Positions 18,177 to 29,300 of a stretch of DNA of 64,000 bases are shown piece by piece. Source of the DNA: a virus (Duplodnaviria; Caudoviricetes); the IMG/VR virus record IMGVR_UViG_2974623298_000001, positions 1 to 64,000 of that record; one strand, 5' to 3'. Made by a program: the position numbers and the translations under genes. Positions within the stretch are counted from its first letter, which is position 1; every line of letters starts with the position of its first letter. The notes beneath the pieces are model-generated. The model was not told the origin of the DNA, ran no database searches, and saw only the letters and a list, made by a program, of their open reading frames with translations.

Positions 18177-19196
18177 ATGGGCGTCAGTTCACAGCAGGGC
18201 GTCTTCGGACTCAAGACCCAGTCCGCCCGAGGTGTCGCTGCCACCAACATCGGTACCACTGGCCTTGCCATGTACCGCACCGGCGGCTCGATGACTCCGA
18301 ACCGGGAACTCATGATCCCGGACGCGGAGATCGGCGGCGGTCGAGACGTCCCCGACGCACTCCTCGGACCCATCTCGTTCGGTGGCGACATCGAGTACTA
18401 CACTCGATTCAACTCCATCGGCATCCTGTTGAAGGCTGCACTCGGAGCCCCCGTCAGCGCGGCTGGCACGGCAACCGGCACCAACGTTCACACCTTCACC
18501 CCGACGGACGCCACCACGCTTCCGTTCCTGACGGTGTACGAGCGCATCGGTGCAGACCTCGAGCGCATCCTCTACACCGACGTCGTGGTGAACACGCTGC
18601 ATCTCGAGTCGGACGCCGACGGGTACCTCACCGGCACCGCAGGTCTCATCGCCTGCCGTGGCCTGTTCGGAACCCCGGACGTGGACGTTTCGCAGGTGCT
18701 CGACGAGACCACCATCACGGTCGGCACGAACATCCAGGTGCTCTACGACGGCGCGAACATCAAGCCGAAGTCGTTCAGCATCGACATCAACAACAACTTC
18801 GAGGACGACGACTTCCGTCTCGGCTCCTTCTACCTGGAGGACCTCACCCCGAAGCGTCGAGAGGTCAACGGGTCGCTCACCCTGCGGCACGAGACCAAGG
18901 ACCTCATGCGGCAGGCCCTGCTCGGCTCGTCCTCGTCCACCCTGGCCGGCGGTCTCACCACCAAGAAGCCGATCGAAATCCAGATCGACACCTACGGCGA
19001 GATCGAGGGTTCGGCTCCGGCCACTCCGTACTCGCTGAATCTGGAGTTCGGCAAGACGGTGTTCGAGCCGTTCGGCTTCGAGCCCTCGGGCGATGACATC
19101 CTCGAGTCGGATGTCACCTTCCAGGCGCTTCGCCCGGTCGCCGAGGACCCGGTCATGACCGCGATCCTGACCAACGGCCTCGCCGCCATCCCGTAA
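18177..19196 (+). CDS. major tail (tube) protein
   Basis: 339 aa, high GC3, Thr/Gly-rich, upstream of chaperone and tape measure. Confidence 0.88.
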   Translation: MGVSSQQGVFGLKTQSARGVAATNIGTTGLAMYRTGGSMTPNRELMIPDAEIGGGRDVPDALLGPISFGGDIEYYTRFNSIGILLKAALGAPVSAAGTATGTNVHTFTPTDATTLPFLTVYERIGADLERILYTDVVVNTLHLESDADGYLTGTAGLIACRGLFGTPDVDVSQVLDETTITVGTNIQVLYDGANIKPKSFSIDINNNFEDDDFRLGSFYLEDLTPKRREVNGSLTLRHETKDLMRQALLGSSSSTLAGGLTTKKPIEIQIDTYGEIEGSAPATPYSLNLEFGKTVFEPFGFEPSGDDILESDVTFQALRPVAEDPVMTAILTNGLAAIP

Positions 19197-19221
19197 GCCC
19201 CCCGGTTACCTCCTGGGGAAC

Positions 19222-19267
19222 CAGACTCCCGCATCGAGACCGGCGAACCTCTCGGTGCGGGAGTCTG
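19222..19267 (+). terminator. 17-18-bp hairpin between the major tail gene and the tRNA
   Basis: cagactcccgcatcgag / ctcggtgcgggagtctg (one G-U pair). Confidence 0.75.
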
Positions 19268-19272
19268 TCCAT

Positions 19273-19346
19273 TCAACCATAGCTCAATTCGGCAGAGCGC
19301 CCGACTGTTAATCGGGTGGTTGTAGGTTCGAGTCCTACTGGTTGAG
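19273..19346 (+). tRNA. tRNA-Asn (GTT), CCA not encoded
   Basis: acceptor TCAACCA/TGGTTGA, D arm GCTC/GAGC, anticodon arm CCCGA-CTGTTAA-TCGGG, T arm GTAGG-TTCGAGT-CCTAC. Confidence 0.95.
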
Positions 19347-19386
19347 CGCAGTACAGATGTCAACTAAGACCAGTGAAAGGGTCACC

Positions 19387-19980
19387 ATGACACACGCAGG
19401 AATCCCGACCGCCACCCAGGACACGAGCGACTTCGACGGTCGTCCCGAGGTGGAACGTGCCAACCAGGCAGCGGTTGCCGCTGGCGAGAAGATCGAAGAG
19501 AAACAATTCGTCGATTACTTCGCCGCGCCCCTCCCGAAGCGTTGGTACCTGCCCGACGGCGTTCAGTACTTCGAGTACCAGGAACTCCGCGAGGGCGGCA
19601 AGTCGGCTTACGAGAAGCTGACGAACAAGGACATCCGCGTTCAGCGGTCCACCGGCGACGCACGCCTGTCGGTCGATCCGGCGATCCAGCGCCAGTCGCT
19701 GATCCGCTTGTCGGTCACCGATGTCTACCTCCTGCAGAAGGATTCGGGCGGCAATCCGCAGCCCATGCCCTTCAACAAGGAGCGTCCCGGCAAGTTCTGG
19801 GAGAACCTGTTCACGTTCTTCCCGGCCGCACTCATCGACAAGCTCCACCAGGAGATCGTCGACGTCAACGCCTGGCTCGCCGCCGACGACGACGTCGAGG
19901 CCCTCAAGGAGGAGCGCGAGCGTCTCGACGAGCGCATCCAGAAGGCCGAAGAGGAGCAGGCAAAAAAGCTCTCCTTGTAG
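19387..19980 (+). CDS. tail assembly chaperone (short, G form)
   Basis: between major tail and tape measure genes; RBS GAAAGG; ends ...AKKLSL. Confidence 0.85.
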   Translation: MTHAGIPTATQDTSDFDGRPEVERANQAAVAAGEKIEEKQFVDYFAAPLPKRWYLPDGVQYFEYQELREGGKSAYEKLTNKDIRVQRSTGDARLSVDPAIQRQSLIRLSVTDVYLLQKDSGGNPQPMPFNKERPGKFWENLFTFFPAALIDKLHQEIVDVNAWLAADDDVEALKEERERLDERIQKAEEEQAKKLSL

Positions 19981-20255
19981 AACAGGCCGCCGACTTCGTC
20001 AAGGGAAATCGGATAGCCAACCCTCATCCCGCCCTGCTCATCTACGGCAGACTCGAGGCGATGAAGTGGTCGATACCCTACACGCCAGGTGGGCTTGAGG
20101 ATCAGAGCGTGATGCTGCTGAGATGCTTCGATGTGATCAATCGGGTCAAGGCAGAACACGAACGACAAGAACAGAAGAAGCGCGAACAAGAGTCCAAGTC
20201 GAAACGTCCCAATCCAAGGGGCGGTTCTCGACCAACGGGCAAGCGCAGAAGGTAA
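19387..20255 (+). CDS. tail assembly chaperone, -1 frameshifted GT form
   Basis: slippery heptamer A_AAA_AAG at 19962-19968; -1 frame open to 20255 (…EAMKWSIPYTPGGLEDQS…). Confidence 0.85.
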
Positions 20256-20299
20256 CAACGAGGGCGGTGCTTGCGGGCACCGCCCTCGTTGTGTATCAT
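20255..20299 (+). terminator. 16-bp hairpin overlapping a SigA-like promoter for the tape measure gene
   Basis: acaacgagggcggtgc/gcaccgccctcgttgt; loop TTGCGG (20271-76), N17, TATCAT (20294-99). Confidence 0.7.
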
Positions 20300-20360
20300 G
20301 GACAGCACTCAACGGGCACACGAGGCCCATTCCAATGGACCTCGAAGTCTGGAGTAAGCG

Positions 20361-23300
20361 TTGAACACGACTGCGGCGAATATCCTCGTCACCGCACAGG
20401 CCCGCCAGGCTCAAGCAGTTCTGGCCCGCGCACAGGCTGCGCTGCGTGGTCTTCAGTCGACGGCACAAGGTGCCAACGCTGCCCAGGCTACCGCTGCGAA
20501 TGCTGCTGCAAAGCAGATCGAAGCGGCTGAGGCCCGCAAGGCTTCGGCGGCTGCCAAGGCATCTCTGGCAATTGAACAGGCGAATCTTCGCCAGATCAAA
20601 TCTGAACAAGCGGCGTCTGTGGCCGCGGCCAGATCGGCAGCCGCCATATCTCTCTCTCAAACAAAGGCGGCTGGTGCCGCCGAAGCGTCCGCCGCCAAGC
20701 AGGCGGCAGCGGCAGCGAAGATGTCGGCGGCAATGGAGCTCTCCGCCATGAAGCAGCAGGCTGCTATGGCGCAGCTCACGCTGGTTCAAATGCGTCAGCT
20801 CGCGCAGATGGAAGCGGCCTCGGCTCGTCAGATCGCCGCTGACAATCGCGCCGCGATGTCCGCAGCCAAGTCCGCTGCGCAGCAGGCTGCCGCACGCGAG
20901 TCGCTCACGATCGCTACACTTCGGGCGGTCGCCCGCGAAGAGGCTGCATCGGCACGCAAGATCGCTGCCGATGCACGGGCTGCACTGCAGGCACAGGTGC
21001 TGGCGAATGCCGAGACCGGCAATCAGAATCGCGTAGTCACCGCACGCCTTCGCGCCGCAGCGCAGACCGCGTCTGCCAATGCAGCGAAGATCAACTCGGA
21101 CAACGGCGCTGCCATCGCTGCCGAGGTTGCCGCCAACCGCGAGATGAGGGCAGCTCGCGAGGCTTCGCTCGCCGACATGGATCGCGCCATGAAGGCGCAG
21201 GCTGCGAACGCACGCAAGGCAGCATCGGACGCGCAGGCTGCAGTTAACGCGCAGGCAAACGCGATCAAGGAAGCTGCGGCAATGTCTGTCGCCGACACCG
21301 CACGCATCAAGAGTGCCGCAGTCGCCGCAGCCGAGAACGCACGCAAGATTGCATCAGACGCCGCCGTGGCAAACACGGCGGCTATGACTGCTGGTCGCGA
21401 GTCGGTTGCAAACGCACAGGCCGCTGCATCTGCCCGCATCGGCGCGCAGCAGAAGGTTGTCGCTGACGCACAGGCCAACGCCTCGCGAATGAATGCAGCA
21501 GCCGTTGCCGCAGCAGAGGCGTCGAAGATCGCTGCCGCCGAGGCGCGCGCCGCTGCAGCGGCCGAGAAGGCTGCCATTCAGATCACCGCCGCGAAGCAGC
21601 GCGAGATCGCAGCGAACGCGGCAGCCACCGGATCGAACCGCACCTGGTCGGCCAGCATGACTGCAGCCGGTTCGCGTATGCAGTGGATCGGTCGCCAGCT
21701 GTCACAGAACTTCACCGCACCCATGCTGCTGGCTACAGGCATTGGCGTCAAGTTCGGGTTGGACATGGAGAAGTCCATGACCCGACTCGAGAAGGTGTAC
21801 GCCGACCAGGGCCTGATCCGCGAGGCGGAAGCCAAGGGTATCAACCTTGTTCGCAACGAGGTTGATGCTCTCGAGCGCTCGTTCATTGCGCTGTCGAACA
21901 AGTATGGCGTGCAGGCTGACGAGGTTGCCAATGTCGCAGCCGAGTGGGCAGCTGCTGGTGCGTCCGGTCAGGCGCTTGCGCACCAGACTGACCTGACAAT
22001 GAAGACCATGGTCCTCGGCGAGATGGATGCCGAGGAAGCAACGAAGTCCCTCATTGCCATTCAGTCCCAGTGGGGTGCGGTTACCGAGACCAACGCAGAC
22101 CGCATGGGCAAGCTCTCCCTGGGCACCTCGGGACTCGCTAGCGATCAGCTCAGCCTTACCACGATTCTCCGTCAGCTGAACGCAGTGGAGAATGAGACCG
22201 GCACCACGATGAACGACCTCGTTGTTGCGTTCTCGCGCGCATCGGGTGTCGCCCGCACTGCCGGCCTCGATACTGCACACCTTGCTGCAGCCACTGCAGC
22301 CCTCGTTCCCGCAGCCGGTAGTGCGGCTGAAGCGGGCAACGCGCTCAAGACGATCATCAGCCGTACCCTCACGCCCACTCGTGAATCTGCCCAGATCATG
22401 AACCTGATGGGCATTAACACCAGCAAGGCTGCATGGCAGAGCCTCAACGCAGGGCAGCGTCTCGAGGAGCTGTCCCGTCGGTTCGGCACCCTGACCGGCG
22501 CACAGAAGGCGCAGGTCTCGGCATCGCTTGGTTCCCGCTACCAGGTTAACAAGCTCGAGGTTCTGTTCTCCTCGATGGCGAACACAACCGGCTACTATCA
22601 CAAGGCTCTCGCCAAGTTGGCGAACGAAGCTGACGTGGTGAAGATCGCCGAGGACGAGCTCAATACAGTCCTCGAGTCGCAGCCGCAGATGCTCAAGCAG
22701 GCTGGCGTCATCATTCAGAATAGTCTCATGAAGACTATGGTTCCGCTGATCCCGGTTGTCATTCAGTTGACTCAGTGGATCGGCAAGGCGTTCGACGCGT
22801 TCTCGAACCTTCCCACTGGCGTACGTACCACACTCATTGGTCTCGGCCTGTTCCTCGCAACAGTCGGCCCAATCATCATCTTCCTGGGAATCTTCAAGCT
22901 GGCCCTCGGTCAGCTGACCCCATTCTTCCTGGCACTCGGTCGAGCGATACTGTTCCCGGTTACGGGACTCCTGAAGTTCGCTGGACTTCTACTCAAGCCG
23001 ATCGCGGGTCTCGCGAAGCTGCGCGGAGCGCTGGCACTCACCGCACGAGCTTTCATGCTGATCCCGGCCACCGCAGCCCTGATGCTGCGGGTCATCTCGT
23101 TCGCAATGGCGGGTACGCAGGCCGCAGTCGTCGTCGGTATGGCAGGCGTCAGGGCCGCATGGGCCACCGCCTGGGCGGCGATGATAACCTTCCAGACAGT
23201 CATGGGTATCGCCATGACTACTCGGCAGCGCATCATCTTCACGATCATGCTTGCAGCTCAGAACATCTGGGCAGCCGCATCGCTTGCCATCCAGCGCGGA

Positions 23301-26300
23301 TGGGCTGCAGCCAGCGTCGTTGTCATGGCGGCATGGGGTGCAGCGTCTGCGCTTGCGCAGGGCGTGTACCACGCGATCATGCTTGCACGTCAGCGTGCGT
23401 GGCACGCGGCAGCACTGGCCCTGTCTGTCGGCTGGGCAACGGCTAGTATTCTGATTCAGAAGGCTTGGGCAGCGGCCTCGATCATCCTCACTGCAGCTTT
23501 CTGGAAGCGCATGTGGGTCGTCTTCGCGGCGGGCAACAAGGGTCTTCTGTCTATTCTTCTAGCAGGCGGCAAGGCGATTGTCGCACTGTTTGCTTCGCCT
23601 TGGGCAATTGCCATTGGCATTGTCATCGCACTGATCGTTCTGTTCCGCGATCAGATTGCACAGGCCTGGAACAACATCGTCAACTACTTCAAGAACCTTC
23701 CCAAGGAAACAGCATCCGCGCTGTCGCCCCTTGCTAACATCTTCATACGAGCACGCAACGCTGTCGTGGGAGCATTCAACTCGCTGCCCGAGGGCGTGAA
23801 GGGTGCGCTCCTCAAGGTCGTTGCGATTGTTCGCGCAGCCGCCATGAAGGTGTACGAACTCTTCAGCTACCTCAACCCGTTCGCCCACCACTCGCCTTCG
23901 CTGGTCGAGAACGTGACGAACGGCATGGCTGTCGTTAACGCCCAGTTCGCCAACGCCTCGCGCAATGCGCAGTCGCATATCGGAAAGCTGCACAAGTCCA
24001 TCAAGCAGTTGCAGGACTTGAGTTCGCCGATGCAGGCGCAGAACGACAAGGCGAAGGACGACGAGTTCCGCGCAACGGCCACCAAGGCTGGCGCGGCCGG
24101 ATCGCTGCCTGCATACGACGCGCTCAACGCTGACGTAAAGGCAGCGAAGAGCTACATGGATCAGCTCAACAAGTCCATGGAGGCTCAGGAGCAGCGGCTC
24201 AAGGACATCAAGGCTGGTGTCGAGGCGTACGACGCAGCCATCGAGCAGATGAACTCTGCACTCGAGGTTACCAAGGCTATCCAGGCCGACGTCAACACCG
24301 CCCTGGATGGAGCCAAGGCGCGTTACGACCGCTATGCCAACGCTCAAATCAAGGGCACGCGCGCCGCAGAGGACGCGCTGTTCGATAACGAGATGGCACA
24401 GAAGCGACTGCAGCTTCAGATCGCCAAGATGCAGGAAGAGTCCGGCACCGTAGATGACGTGACAGACTCTTACTCGAAGCTCCAGGGCGAGATCGAAACA
24501 CTGACCGCGAAGCAGACCGAGCTTCGTAAGGCTGGCGCTGGTTCGGATGTGCTGGGCACATACGACAAGATGATCGCCGACCTGAAGAGCCAGCAGTCCG
24601 GGCTCATGACTGGTGGTGCCGACAGTCCTGCTGGCAAAATCGCTGCACTCAACACTTCTCTTCAGGCGCTGCAGCGGCAGGCCGAGATCATGGACCTCGA
24701 GAAGTCCCTGAAGTTCGATTCGCTGAACCGCAAGATCGAGCAGTTCACCAACAATGTTGAAGAGCTGCCATACGGTCAGATCATGTCGGGGCTCGACGCT
24801 TCGCGCACCTCGATCAATGCACTGCAGTACTCCTATGATCAGCTCGACATGGTCATGGCGGGGCAGCAGGCTCGCATAGACGCCACCCAGGCGCAGCGCG
24901 ATGCACTCCAGCAGACCTACGACTCTGAGAGTAAGCGCCTTGAGACCGTCCGCGAGAAGTACGAGGCGGTTGAAGAGGCCGTTCGTAGCGGCGAGGAAGC
25001 ACTCGAGTCGTTCTCGTCTGCGTCCGAGGAAGTCGTTCGTCGCCAGGAAGAGGCGGCGCGCGCAGCAGAAGAGGCCAGCAAGAAGCTCAAGAAGAAGAAG
25101 GGCGGCGCTGGCGGCGACAGTGGCGATGAGCTGACCCCTGGTGCACAGAACTTCCTTGAGGGTGCGGCTGGTGACTTCGAGACCTTCGGCGGAATGTCCA
25201 CCGTTGGTCGTGAGGGCGCAGGTCTTGATCAGTCTGCACAGATCGACGAGTTCACCAACAGCCTTACCGCCGATCTTGAGAAGCAGCTCGGTGGCCTCAA
25301 TCCGTTCTCGGGATTGAAGAACGCTTGGAACAAGACGGTCGGCTGGTTCAAGGGCATGATGCCCGGCTTCGGCGACATCTTCAAGAACGTCGGCAGTGGG
25401 ATCGGCAGTGCGTTCTCGTCTGACAAGAATGAGAACGTCAAGCGGTTCGGTGACGCACTCTCTAACTCCGTTGAGGCTTTGAAGAATGTTTGGGAGTGGA
25501 TCAAGAAGGGCGGGTCCATAATTGGAAAGCTCTTCGGTCCAGACTTGCAGGCAACCCTTCAGGGGCTCGGTGACGGGTTCAAGACCGTCATGGATAAGAT
25601 TGGCCCACCGCTGTCGGAGCTCGGTAAGGTTGCGATCCCGTTCCTGACCACCGCATTCCAGCACCTGTCGCCAGTCATTGGCGTATTTGTTGCGGCCCTT
25701 GAGGTTGTCTGGGAAGTTATCAATGGCGCCATCGGCCCAGTGTTCAGCTGGCTTGGCGACCTGATCAGTTCGATCATCCGCATCATCACTGGTATTGTGA
25801 AGATCCTCATGGGTGCCATGAAGGTGATTCAGGGTGTCATCATGGTGGTCGTCGGCATCATCAAGGGTGTCATCGGACTGTTCATGGGCGAGGGCCTGTC
25901 GGGCTTCAGTATGTTCGGCGACGGACTGAAGAAGATCTTCGGCGGGTTCGGTGACATGTTCGGCGGTATCGTCGACATCGTCAAGGGCATCTTCACGGCA
26001 ATCTGGAGCACGATCAAGAATGCCGTTAAGCTGATCTGGAACGTTGTCTGGGGTCTCGTCAAGGGCATCATCGACTTCTTCAAGACGATGTGGGACGTTC
26101 TCGTCGGACACTCGATTGTGCCTGATACGATCAATGCGATCATCGACTGGTTCAAGGAGCTGCCCAGCAAGCTGCCTGGTATGGTGTGGGGACTCATCAC
26201 CAAGGTGATTGGCTTCTTCCTAAAGCTGCCGATCATGATTGGCCAGGCTCTAATAAAGCTTGGCGGGTTCCTGTTCGGAGCGTTCACGTCTGCAATGGCG

Positions 26301-29300
26301 TGGCTCCTGCCGAAGCTGCCGGGGTTCATCTGGAATATCGTCAAGTTCTTTGCGGCACTGCCGTTCAAGATCATCGGCGCACTCGTCGGGTTCGGGGCCA
26401 AGCTCCTCGGCTGGCTCGGACAGGCCATCGCCTGGCTGGTGCCCCAGCTCCCAGGCATTGTGTGGAATATCATCACCTTCTTCGCAACGCTCCCATTCAA
26501 GATCATTGGAGCACTGCTCGGGTTCGGCGCCAAGCTGTTCGAGTGGGCGAAGAACGCATTCATCTGGCTAGCCCAGAATCTGCCAGGAGTGATCGGCAAC
26601 GTCATCAGCTTCTTCGCTGGCCTGCCAGGGAAGCTGATCGGAGCGCTGCTCGGCTTGGGCGCGAAGCTGTTTGAGTGGGCGAAGAACGCATTCATCTGGC
26701 TAGCGCAGCGTATGCCTGGAATCGTCCAGGGGATTGTCGATTACTTTAAGGAGTTGCCTGGTAACTTTGTTCGAGGCCTTGGGGTCATCGGCAAGTTCCT
26801 GTGGGAGTGGATGAAGAGGGGCTGGGACTTCCTGGTCAACGAGCTCCCCGGCATTGTCGCTGGGTTCCTGAAGTGGATCGGCGGCATTCCTGGAATGTTG
26901 CTGGGCAAGCTCGGCGACGGCGCCAAGGTGCTGTACAACTACGGCAAGGACATGATCCAGGGCCTGATGAATGGCACCGCGGGTCTGCTCAAGAAGCTCG
27001 GCGACTGGTTCCTCGACAAGATTCCCGGCTGGATCAAGACGCCGTTCAAGAAGGCGCTCGGCATTGCATCGCCATCAAAGGTGTTCGCTGGCTACGGCGT
27101 GAACATCGGCGAAGGTCTTGTCAAGGGTATTGGCAGTATGCAGGGGCAGGTTGAATCTGCCTCGGTCGCAATGGCTGCCGCTGCCGACAAGGGCGAGGTC
27201 GGAGGCATGGCGATCTCGGCCGTTGCTGACACTTCATCGGTGGGTGGCTCCGTGTCCGCGCTAGGGGATGCCGTTGCAGCATCCGGCCCGGTGGGGGTCG
27301 ATACGGCGGCGGAGCCGACCGCCGACATCGCGCCGATGCTCGCCGCAGCCGAAGCAGCGTTCGATGCCTTTGACGCATCCATGAAGACGAAGATGGCAGC
27401 CTTCACTGCCGCAGTGACAGTCATGTTTGCTGCGATGGTGACAGGGGTCTTGTCGTCCCTTGATCAGGTGAGCATCGGTGGAACTGCATCGTTCACCTCG
27501 ATGCAGGCATCGGTTGTTGCCATCGTGACCGCGATGGTCTCGACAGTGCAGGCGCAGCTCGCGCTACTGATCAGCCACGTAACTCAGTTTGGACTGGCAT
27601 TCACGGCAGCCTGGGCTGGCGCATGGAATGCCTGGAAGGACAGCACCACAACCGGCGTCGATCACACTCTGTCTGAGTGGGAACGCATGGCGACGGGTAT
27701 GCGAGACATCACAGACAACAGCATCAAGCCTGTGTTTGACTCGCTTGCACTGATGCTGACGAACGCGGAGACAGGCTTCGGCCAGGCTGTAACAAACATC
27801 GGAGAAAGCTGGAAGGGCCTCCGCTTCGGCACCGGCGAGCCGGTCAACTTCACCATCACAGACGTGTACGGCAAGGGCCTCCTGCCAGTCTGGAACGCGG
27901 TTGCTGACCTCATCGGCGGCAACAAGATGAGCCCGATGAATCCGATCGCCCTGGCAACAGGTGGTTTTGTTCGCGGACCAGGCACGGAAACCAGCGACTC
28001 GATCCCGGCAATGCTGTCGCGCGGCGAGTTTGTTCTGAACGCTCGGGCAACCGAGGCGGCTGGCGTCAACAACCTGATGACCTTCAACAACTTGAACGGT
28101 CGCGGCGGACCTGGCGCATTGCAGGGCATGTTCGGTATCGGTGGGGACATGCGGGTGCATCTCGCAACCGGTGGTCCCGCAGACCCCGGCTCGCCTGCAT
28201 GGAAGGCGCTTGCACGAGGCCACGAGTTTGCACGACGCATCTCGCCCGGACCCTACAGCCTTGGCGGTAGTTCGGGCGGCACTAACGCAGGCTACACCGA
28301 CTGCTCTGGCTTCCAGTCGGAAGTTGCAGACGTCATCATGGGCGGGCCTGGCGGTTCGCGCAAGTGGGCAACCGGCAGCTTCCCCGGAGGCGGCGGTGCT
28401 CAGGGCGGCGTCGTCAACATCGGCAATCAGATGTGGGTCAAGGGCCTTGGTGCCGGGCACTCCATCGGTATCAGCGTTCCGCACGCGGCGGGCACCCTGG
28501 GCGGCGTACCCGGCCTGCCTACAGTTAACATCGAGTCCGGTGGTGGAACCGGAGGCGGTGCGACTTATGGTGGCCGAGCGACCGGAGCAAACGATCCTCA
28601 GTTCCCGACACAGTACCACCTGAACGTCATTGACGGTATGTTCGTTCCGGCGACTGGTGGAGCTGGTGCCAGCATGGTCGACATACTCAAGGGTATGAGC
28701 GACGGTGGGCTCAAGCACATGGTGCAGCTTGCCCGCGATTACCAGGGCAAGGGCAACGCTGGAAAGGTTCCGCTACTTACTGCACAGTACTGGGACAAGG
28801 GCACTCGAGCCAAGATCGAGACCGAGGGTAAGCGGATGGATGCCGCTGGCCCTGCCGTCGCAGGCGACATCGCAGGTGTCGAACGCTGGCGTCCGATGGT
28901 CATTGCAGCCCTCAAGCGCAACGGATTCGCTGGTACCAAGCGTGAGCAAGACCTCATGCTTGCGCAGATTCAGTCGGAATCTTCGGGCAACCCCGGTGCC
29001 ATCCAGCAGGTCCAGGATGTGAACTCGGGCGGCAACGAGGCGGCAGGTCTTCTACAGATCGCCAAGGGCACATGGCCTGGCGTGCGCGACCCGTCGCTGC
29101 CTGACGACAGGCTTAACCCCTGGGCCAACATGAACGGTGCTCTGCGCTACTACAGGCAGACCTATGGTGACGACCTCGGCACACACTGGGGCAAGGGCAC
29201 GGGCTACGACTCGGGCGGCGTTCTGCCTCCGGGCTTCACGCTGGCCAACAACCAGACCGGTGGACCTGAGGCTATCCTCACGGCAGCTCAGTGGAGCGCG

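Noticed and set aside
19962-19968. Tail chaperone -1 frameshift as a novelty
   Set aside because: Real, but it is the well-known G/GT mechanism; listed as a feature only.
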